24,000 bases of DNA from Deltaproteobacteria bacterium (GTDB lineage Bacteria; Desulfobacterota; Desulfobulbia; Desulfobulbales; Desulfobulbaceae). The DNA lies in the NCBI GenBank assembly GCA_024278495.1, contig JAJRTB010000219.1:3286-27285 (forward strand), read 5' to 3'. The notes beneath the pieces are model-generated. The model was not told the DNA's origin and did no database searches. It was given only the letters and a program-made list of their open reading frames with translations. This document shows positions 1 to 7,332 of the stretch, piece by piece (within the stretch, counting starts at the first letter, position 1; the number at the start of each line of letters is the position of its first letter). A program made the position numbers and the translations under genes.

Positions 1-1
1 G

Positions 2-3000
2 GCCCGGGATATCCCCCTCTTTACCGATATCGACGTTCTGGTCTATCCCAGTTTCGAGATCCCGCCCTACACGCCCCTATCCGCTGACCCGGCAACGGTT
101 GCCCAGCGTCTGTCCACCCTGCATCGGCTGCGAAACGAGACAGGTCCGGCCGTTGTCCTCGCCTCCACCGAAGCGGCCATGCGCAAGGTCCTGCCGGCAT
201 CCGTGCTTGACAACCACTGCGAACTGGTCATGGCGGGCGAAGAGACCGACCGGGACGAACTTATCAACCACCTGAGCCGATCCGGGTACCAGCAGTGCGC
301 CATGGTCCAGCATGAAGGCGACCTGGCGGTCAGGGGCGGCATTATCGACGTCTATGCTCCTTCCACGGACAGAACCGCAAACGGCCCCCTGCGCCTGGAT
401 TTCTTTGGTGACACTATCGAGTCGATCAGATTTTTTGACCCGGTGAGCCAGCGTTCTCTGGGCGAACTCGACGAGGCCGTTCTGCTGCCCGCTTCCGACA
501 TCCTTTTTCCGCGCTCCGCTCACCTGCAGGCCTGGCAGGAGTACCTGGAGGAAACCGCCCGGAAACTTGCATGGCCCGAAGAAGAGGCTGACTTCTGCAT
601 CACCAGGTTGCGGGACAACGTCAGGTACGCCGGGGCTGAATTCCACCTGCCCCTGGTCTACGAGCATGACACGCCGCTCCAGACCCTGTTCTCCTACCTG
701 CCGGACCAGACCCGGACGGTCATTCTTGAACCAGCAGACATCCACAACAAGGCGGAACTGGTCTGGGAGCGGATTCAGGCCAACTACCGGGAAGGTCTGG
801 ACAGCGGCAAGGCTGTCCTGCCGCCGGAGCGGCTCTTTCTTCCCCCTGATTGCCTGACGACCATTGCCGGATCAACTGTTCACCTCAGAACCCTGCCGGA
901 TCCGGACCGGCAGCGCGAGCAGATCAGCATCACGACCGGGGACCATGCCCTGTTGCGCCAGGAGATTGATCTGGCGCGGAAAAAACGAAACAGCCTCGCC
1001 CCCCTTGTTGATCGCCTGCAAGACTGGCAACGCAAGGGAGAGCCCACGATCATTGCCTGCCGGTCCATGCGCCAGGTAAACCACCTGCGCGACATGCTGA
1101 AAGGCTACCAGGTAACGCCGGTTTCTGGTGAGACACCACTGGATCTGAACCATCTTGCCCGGACTGACGCCCTGTGCCTGGTTGAACATCCACTCAGCCG
1201 AGGTTTTGACCTGCCGGAACTCAAAATCCATATTCTCTCGGCCACGGAACTGTTCGGCGACAAACGACTCGGGCCGGCCAAGAGGAAACAGAGGAAAGGC
1301 AGGGACCTGGAGCCCCTGGCCATTGATGAGCTGAATCCCGGTGATACGGTGGTCCACCGGGATCACGGAATCGGTCTGTTCCGGGGCCTCATGAACATGG
1401 AATTTGCCGGCCGCCGGGGCGACTTCATGCAGATCGAGTACCAGGGCGGCGACAAACTGTACGTGCCAGCGGACCGGTTGCACTGGATCAACCGCTACCA
1501 GGGATTGACCGATCATGAGCCCACGCTTGACCGCTTGGGCTCAAGCAAGTGGCGCAGCACCAAAAACAAGGTTACCGAGGCGGTCTGGAAAGTGGCCCAG
1601 GAACTTCTGGATATCTACGCCCGGCGCGAATTGCGCGAGGGGCACCGCTTCTCTCCCGCGGGTGAGCTGTACCATGAGCTGGAACAGTCCTTTCCCTATG
1701 ACGAGACCAGCGGCCAGCTCAAGGCCATCGACAACGTGCTCGACGACCTGACCGGTACCCGTCCCATGGACCGGCTGATCTGCGGAGATGTCGGCTACGG
1801 CAAGACCGAGGTGGCGGCCAGGGCCGCCTTCAAGGTCATCGAGGACGGATTCCAGGTGGCTGTCCTGGTGCCGACAACGGTCCTGGCGGAACAGCACGCC
1901 GCCACCTTTCGGGAACGCTTCGCCTCCTTTCCGGTCCGGGTGGCATCCATCAACCGGTTCCGCACCCTGTCCCGGCAACGGGAAATCCTCAAGGACCTGG
2001 CCGCCGGACGCATCGACCTGATCATCGGCACCCACCGGCTGCTGTCAAAGGACATAGTATTCCATAAACTTGGCCTGTTGATCATTGACGAGGAGCACCG
2101 CTTCGGGGTCAGTCATAAAGAAAAAATCAAAAAACTTCGGGCCGACGTGGATGTCCTGACCCTGACGGCCACACCGATACCGCGGACCCTGCAGATGTCG
2201 CTGCTCGGAATCCGGGACCTGTCGATCATCTCCACACCGCCGCGCAAGCGCCGCTCCGTCAAGACATTTCTGGCCCGCAACGAGGACCTGGTCATCCGGG
2301 AAGCCGTGGTCCGGGAACTGGAGCGGGGCGGCCAGGTTTTTTTCGTCCACAACCGGGTCCGCTCCATTGGCGGGATAGCCAGAACAATCAACAGGCTGGT
2401 TCCCCAGGCCCGGGTAGCCGTGGCCCATGGTCAGATGCCGGGACCGGAACTTGAAAAGATCATGGTCCGGTTCATCAACCACGAGATCGACGTGCTGGTC
2501 TGCACCACCATTATTGAGTCGGGCCTTGATATCCCCAACGCCAACACTATTATCATCAACCGGGCCCATCAGCTCGGCCTGGCGGATATTTACCAGCTGC
2601 GCGGCCGGGTCGGTCGCTCAAGCAGGCAGTCCTATGCCTACCTGCTGGTCCCGTCGCTGGATGATCTCACCAAAGACGCCCGCAGACGGCTCCAGGCCCT
2701 GATGGACTGCAACGAGCTGGGCAGCGGCTTCAAGCTGGCCATGAATGATCTGCAGATCCGCGGCGGCGGCAACCTGCTGGGCGTTTCCCAGTCCGGTCAT
2801 ATCGCGGCGGTGGGCTATGACCTCTACCTGGAACTGCTCCAGTCCACGGTAGCGGAACTCAAGGCCAGGGCGGAGGGAGGTGACCCGGACCTGAGACCTG
2901 AGCTGGATCCCGAAATCAACCTCCAGGTCAACGCCTTTCTTCCGGAAGACTATATTGGTGATCCTGCCCAGCGCTACCACATGTACCGGCGCATAGCCGC

Positions 3001-3391
3001 TGCGGGCAGCCGCACCCGGGAAGAACTCGCAGACCTGCGGGACGAACTGGCGGACCGGTTCGGTCCCCTGCCGCCCGAGGCTGAAACCCTGCTGGAGCTA
3101 GTCGGTCTCAAGATCCCCCTGCGTGACCTGGGGGTTGCCAGGCTTGAGCAGACACCAAACGCCCTGATCTATACTTTTATCCAGGATCCGCCGATTGAAC
3201 CCTCGGCCATCCTTGCGCTGATCAACCGAAAACCTGGGAAAGGAACACCACCCGTCCGCCTGACCACGGACAACCGTCTGATCGTACCGTACCAGCCGGG
3301 GGATCACCTGTTCGCGACAATCAACGCCACCCTGAAAGACCTGACCCCTGCCCGGGAACCCGGAAACGTTTCCGCCAACCCAAGGAAGTAA
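2..3391 (+). CDS. mfd: Transcription-repair coupling factor Mfd (5' truncated by window edge)
   Basis: Frame is open from base 2 through the ORF-track start at 179 (ARDIPLFTDIDVLVYPSFEIPPYTPLS...). Contains GDVGYGKTEVAARAAFK (Walker A), IIDEEHRFGVSHKEKIKKL (DEEH box), TLTATPIPRTLQMSLLGIRDLSII and LRGRVGRSSRQSYAYLL, all typical of Mfd. Confidence 0.97.
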   Translation, partial: ARDIPLFTDIDVLVYPSFEIPPYTPLSADPATVAQRLSTLHRLRNETGPAVVLASTEAAMRKVLPASVLDNHCELVMAGEETDRDELINHLSRSGYQQCAMVQHEGDLAVRGGIIDVYAPSTDRTANGPLRLDFFGDTIESIRFFDPVSQRSLGELDEAVLLPASDILFPRSAHLQAWQEYLEETARKLAWPEEEADFCITRLRDNVRYAGAEFHLPLVYEHDTPLQTLFSYLPDQTRTVILEPADIHNKAELVWERIQANYREGLDSGKAVLPPERLFLPPDCLTTIAGSTVHLRTLPDPDRQREQISITTGDHALLRQEIDLARKKRNSLAPLVDRLQDWQRKGEPTIIACRSMRQVNHLRDMLKGYQVTPVSGETPLDLNHLARTDALCLVEHPLSRGFDLPELKIHILSATELFGDKRLGPAKRKQRKGRDLEPLAIDELNPGDTVVHRDHGIGLFRGLMNMEFAGRRGDFMQIEYQGGDKLYVPADRLHWINRYQGLTDHEPTLDRLGSSKWRSTKNKVTEAVWKVAQELLDIYARRELREGHRFSPAGELYHELEQSFPYDETSGQLKAIDNVLDDLTGTRPMDRLICGDVGYGKTEVAARAAFKVIEDGFQVAVLVPTTVLAEQHAATFRERFASFPVRVASINRFRTLSRQREILKDLAAGRIDLIIGTHRLLSKDIVFHKLGLLIIDEEHRFGVSHKEKIKKLRADVDVLTLTATPIPRTLQMSLLGIRDLSIISTPPRKRRSVKTFLARNEDLVIREAVVRELERGGQVFFVHNRVRSIGGIARTINRLVPQARVAVAHGQMPGPELEKIMVRFINHEIDVLVCTTIIESGLDIPNANTIIINRAHQLGLADIYQLRGRVGRSSRQSYAYLLVPSLDDLTKDARRRLQALMDCNELGSGFKLAMNDLQIRGGGNLLGVSQSGHIAAVGYDLYLELLQSTVAELKARAEGGDPDLRPELDPEINLQVNAFLPEDYIGDPAQRYHMYRRIAAAGSRTREELADLRDELADRFGPLPPEAETLLELVGLKIPLRDLGVARLEQTPNALIYTFIQDPPIEPSAILALINRKPGKGTPPVRLTTDNRLIVPYQPGDHLFATINATLKDLTPAREPGNVSANPRK

Positions 3392-3395
3392 AACA

Positions 3396-4106
3396 ATGGC
3401 CACGTGGATCAGACCCTGCTTTTCCTGGAACCAGGTGGACACGGTCCTCCTGGACATGGACGGCACCCTGCTGGACAAGCATTTTGACGACTATTTCTGG
3501 GAACAGTATGTCCCGGAGCACTACAGCCTCAAACACGACATCCCGGTGGAGGAAGCAAAGAGGACGCTCCTTGAACGCTACGGCAGGGTGGAAAACACCC
3601 TCAACTGGACCGACCTGGATTACTGGACCGACCAGCTGGGCCTGGACATACCTGAACTGAAGATGCGGATCAGCCATCTTATCGATGTCCACCCGTATGT
3701 GCCGAATTTTCTGCGCTTCTGCCGAAACCTGAAAAAAGAGGTCGTTCTGGTGACCAATGCCCATCCCAAAACCCTGGCCATCAAACTGGAAAAAACCGGT
3801 ATTGAGGGAATGTTTGACCGGATAATCTGCGCCGATGAAATCGGTCTGGCCAAGGAAGAAGCGGAATTCTGGAACCGGATCGAGCGGAAAATCGGCTTTG
3901 ACAAGACCAGAACCATGCTGGCCGATGATACCGAAAAGGTCCTGCGCACTGCCGAGGGATACGGCATGGGGTACCTGGTCTATGTGGCACGGCCCAGCAG
4001 CAGGCGACCAGCCAGTTTTTCTGACCAATTCCCCTCCATTGAATACTTCTCAGAACTGTTACCCGACCTCAACGCCTCACCGAACATCCCACGCCGACAA
4101 CCATGA
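3396..4106 (+). CDS. yrfG: HAD-superfamily GMP/IMP nucleotidase (YrfG-like)
   Basis: VDTVLLDMDGTLLDKHFDDYFWEQYVPEHY, TLNWTDLDYWTDQLGLDI, LVTNAHPKTLAIKLEKTGI and MLADDTEKVLRTAEGYGM match the YrfG/HAD pattern (DxDGT, TNAH, DD). Starts 4 bp after the mfd stop. Confidence 0.88.
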   Translation: MATWIRPCFSWNQVDTVLLDMDGTLLDKHFDDYFWEQYVPEHYSLKHDIPVEEAKRTLLERYGRVENTLNWTDLDYWTDQLGLDIPELKMRISHLIDVHPYVPNFLRFCRNLKKEVVLVTNAHPKTLAIKLEKTGIEGMFDRIICADEIGLAKEEAEFWNRIERKIGFDKTRTMLADDTEKVLRTAEGYGMGYLVYVARPSSRRPASFSDQFPSIEYFSELLPDLNASPNIPRRQP

Positions 4107-4111
4107 TGGCA

Positions 4112-4139
4112 CCGCAACGAAATTCGCAAAAAATTGCGG
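4112..4139 (+). terminator. Possible weak terminator-like inverted repeat downstream of yrfG
   Basis: ccgcaa...ttgcgg (6-bp arms) enclosing an A-rich loop, just after the yrfG stop. No clear U-tract. Confidence 0.2.
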
Positions 4140-4372
4140 CAAATCATCAGGTTACAAGACGGAGCCATCGGATTCGCAGTTTTTGTCGATTTCGTAAAAA
4201 GTCACGAAACCGACGGTTCAGCGTTGTAACTGGTTGAATCATCATAGTACTCAGCCAGTATTTTCGACTTTTTACGAATTCATCAGTTTTTGACAAACCT
4301 GACAAGCCCGGCAACCGAGACAAGATGGACGCGGGAACGACACAGACGATACGGGAAATGGCACGTGATCAG

Positions 4373-5431
4373 TTACCGCGAAACAGATTCCCAGACAACC
4401 CGGTTACGGCCAAGCCGTTTGGCATGGTAGAGTCGCTGGTCCGCCGCCTCGAGCAGGTGGTTCTCGTCCACCACTTTGAGCTCTCCAGCCGCCACAACAC
4501 CGATGGAAACGGTAACCGGGATCATCTGCTCCTCAAAGACAAAGGGGGTCACCTCGATCCGACGCCTGATCCGTTCGCTGAACTCATGACCTTCAAAGAT
4601 ATCACCCAGACCTGTCCCGTAGAATTCTTCCCCGCCAAAACGGCCGATTTCATCGGAACGCCGCTTCACGTCATTAAGCACCTGCCCAAGAGTCGCCAGA
4701 ACATAATCCCCGGCCCGGTGCCCGAAGGTATCATTGACCCCTTTGAAGTGATCGATATCCAAAAGGAGGAAAAAGAAATCATCGATCTGGTTACGATCGT
4801 ACTCAGCTATTTTCAATTCAAGGCTGCGCCCCATGATAATACGGTTGGGCAGATTGGTCAGCTGGTCAAAATAGCCGATCTGTTCCAATAAATCCTTGTG
4901 CACCATCTCGTTGGTCACGTCGGTGAGATAGCCAAAAGAAATCGACACCTGGTCTTCGGCAAAGGTCTCGATACGGGCCCGATCCTTGAACCATACCTGA
5001 GCCAGATTACCGGCCAGGGCGATCTTATAGTCGGCCTCCATGTTCCCCTTCTGCGCGACCTCGGCCCGCAGGCCCGAACGACTACCAGACAGCTCCCGAC
5101 TGCTGCGCACGGTTTCGCTTATACCGGCCTCCACCTCGGTCCGGTGGAACAGCCGGTGGTCAACCACTGCCTCCCGAAACTGAACAGCCAGATCACCGAC
5201 AGAGCAGCCAAAGAGCTGGATAAACTCCCGGCCGGCAAACTCGTACCACATGATGTTATCCTGGTGGCGCCAGGCCGTAATGTACGGAATACCCGGCACA
5301 CCAGTCTCATCAAAGGCACGGAAGGCACGGATCAGCTCCGCAACTCTCTCACGCAGGGCCACGCTGTACTTTCCGGCCAGGATCCGACCCTGGTAGTCGA
5401 TCAGACCATATTTTTCCCGCAGATCATCCAT
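4373..5431 (-). CDS. Diguanylate cyclase (GGDEF domain) with N-terminal PAS-like region
   Basis: FDQLTNLPNRIIMG, DIDHFKGVNDTFGHRAGDYVL, RRSDEIGRFGGEEF (GGEEF plus RxxD I-site), PVTVSIGVV. The ORF extends to 5527, but ATG at 5431 is preceded by GGAAGAGAT on the minus strand and is my preferred start. Confidence 0.9.
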   Translation of the reverse strand: MDDLREKYGLIDYQGRILAGKYSVALRERVAELIRAFRAFDETGVPGIPYITAWRHQDNIMWYEFAGREFIQLFGCSVGDLAVQFREAVVDHRLFHRTEVEAGISETVRSSRELSGSRSGLRAEVAQKGNMEADYKIALAGNLAQVWFKDRARIETFAEDQVSISFGYLTDVTNEMVHKDLLEQIGYFDQLTNLPNRIIMGRSLELKIAEYDRNQIDDFFFLLLDIDHFKGVNDTFGHRAGDYVLATLGQVLNDVKRRSDEIGRFGGEEFYGTGLGDIFEGHEFSERIRRRIEVTPFVFEEQMIPVTVSIGVVAAGELKVVDENHLLEAADQRLYHAKRLGRNRVVWESVSR

Positions 5432-5661
5432 ATCTCTTCCAGATAAATATATAAAAGAACAGAAAACTCCCGCCAACGCACGGAAAAAATCGTGCCTGAT
5501 CATGGGGTAATTCCCCTGCGTTTTCATTATCTCGGAATTGTATCCTGGCGCAGGTGCCGCAGATTCGTGCAGGCGTTATTGGCCGCTATAGCCGACTATG
5601 CGGGCAGGAGCGCCTGTGCGAAGATGCGGCGCCTGTGACGGGTTCCTGAATCTGCACCACG

Positions 5662-5683
5662 GGTGAACGCTCACGGATCCAGG
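5662..5683. repeat. Dispersed repeat B, copy 1 (ggtgaacgctcacggatccagg)
   Basis: 22 bp identical to 23413-23434. Confidence 0.75.
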
Positions 5684-5715
5684 GGGTTACAAAAAATCGC
5701 GACCGGGCAATCGGG

Positions 5716-6831
5716 TCAGTCCGGCCCGGCTGACTCTCCTTGCAGGGCGGGAATCGGCAGGTCAAGGGGAACCAGCACCTCTCTGTGCATCTGCTGCAGG
5801 ACATGCTCAGCCCCCTCGTGGTCAAGACGCTCCGTCAGGTCGCGGATCTTCCCGGCCAGATCCCGCATCCGGCTTCGGCATTCCTGCCGGGCCTGTTCGA
5901 TCAGGCGCCAGTCACGTTGTTCAAGAAAGCGGTCAAACGCTTCGCCGATCTCGGGAAACAAAACCCGACGCAGGCCTGCCAGGAAGCCGATGTAGAACCC
6001 GAGCGAGCCTTCTTTCTGCTCCCTGACCATAGAGCTGACCAGCCCGGAGGGGTGGGTGTCTGCCAGAACGTCCTTTACCGCCCTGGTCACAAACTCAACG
6101 GCGGAATCGGGAAACGCGGCGACAACCCGTCGCAGAGTTGCGCTGTCCAGGGTCTGCTGGCGCATCTCGCCTATTTCGTGATGGACGAACATGGGGATCT
6201 CACCGTCGACTATGATGTCAAGCCTGTCGCGCAATCGCTCCTGGTCAAGCACACCATCGCGCAGAACCCCGTAGTGATCCAGGGCGTGCCGCACCGCCAC
6301 TCTGGATGCGGCGCGGTGTTCCTGTATCTGGTCCCAGAAAAAAAAGCGCAGCGGATCCCGGCGGATGATTATGACCCCGTCCCGGAGCATGGCAAAGGGG
6401 CTTGAAAGCTCCCTGGCCGACTCCCGGCCCAGGAGAAACACCGGGCACCCCTCGACCAGCTCCTGCTTCAGTATCTCGGCCAGAAAGAATATTGATTTTA
6501 AAGAACGGCCATAGCCGGCCCCGTACATCAGCCCGGCATTCCCCAGCCCCTGATTGATCCGCTCCTGGTCAAACGGTTCGACTTCCGTCCCGTTCAACAC
6601 CAGGGGGGCAAACGGTTCCTCCGCCATGGCCTGCCAGAACTTCTCTTTCCGGTCAATCCAGGCCAGCAGGTCCGCGGATTCAGGTTCCTGCCAGGGTTCC
6701 AGGGAGTTCTCCCACTTATAAAGATTGCGGAGCTTGAGAACCAGGGCACAGATGGAATAGATGCCGTTGTCCCGGGCATCGGAAATATCACAGTTGTGCC
6801 GGATTGTTTCCAGGACTGTTTTTTCGACCAT
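5716..6831 (-). CDS. Conserved hypothetical protein
   Basis: Long ORF (407 aa to 6939). The segment beyond MVEKTVLETIRHNCDISD overlaps dispersed repeat A, so ATG at 6831 is the likelier start (about 371 aa). No domain I can name. Confidence 0.75.
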   Translation of the reverse strand: MVEKTVLETIRHNCDISDARDNGIYSICALVLKLRNLYKWENSLEPWQEPESADLLAWIDRKEKFWQAMAEEPFAPLVLNGTEVEPFDQERINQGLGNAGLMYGAGYGRSLKSIFFLAEILKQELVEGCPVFLLGRESARELSSPFAMLRDGVIIIRRDPLRFFFWDQIQEHRAASRVAVRHALDHYGVLRDGVLDQERLRDRLDIIVDGEIPMFVHHEIGEMRQQTLDSATLRRVVAAFPDSAVEFVTRAVKDVLADTHPSGLVSSMVREQKEGSLGFYIGFLAGLRRVLFPEIGEAFDRFLEQRDWRLIEQARQECRSRMRDLAGKIRDLTERLDHEGAEHVLQQMHREVLVPLDLPIPALQGESAGPD

Positions 6832-6928
6832 CTTTCGCCTCCGGCAAAAATTATGCGTCAACAACTCCACCTGTTTCGGCCCGGGCCGGGGTAAAAACGT
6901 CATATTATTGAATATACCAGATCGTACG

Positions 6929-6990
6929 TAACTCGTCACAGGGTTTGTAACTCTGCGATTTTACCTATCCATAATCTGCAAGTAATCAGG
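6929..6990. repeat. Dispersed repeat A, copy 1
   Basis: taactcgtcacagggtttgtaactctgcgattttacctatccataatctgcaagtaatcagg; differs at only a handful of positions from 23279-23340. Confidence 0.8.
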
Positions 6991-7332
6991 GGCGCCGCAT
7001 TTTTTTATTTTATTGATTATTGCCAACCTGTTACAGGTAGAAAAACTCCATGTGGCACTACTCGCAAGGACCTTTATGCCCCACTGTATTCATTGCATTC
7101 TTTTTGCGCTTTACGTCAAAACCGAATTTCAAAGGTTTTTAATAATGATTTGCACAAAGTCGGGTTAAAAAAAAGTGGAAATTCCCTGTCAGCTTTCATA
7201 AAATATACAAGAGTAAAAACGTGCCGATTTACTGCCTCAAAAAAGAACTCAATAAAACCGGATCTCTTCTCTCTGTAACACAATGATCTGCTGTCCCGAC
7301 GCATATCAGCGCGTATAACAAAGGAGGATGTC

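Noticed and set aside
4325-5446. Plus-strand ORFs 4325-4891 and 4898-5446
   Set aside because: Antisense to a clear GGDEF protein; translation lacks domain features.
5740-6405. 221-aa plus-strand ORF
   Set aside because: Antisense to the longer hypothetical gene on the minus strand, whose composition looks more protein-like.
6832-6939. N-terminal extension of the 5716-6939 ORF
   Set aside because: The proposed start lies inside dispersed repeat A, and the extension looks non-coding.
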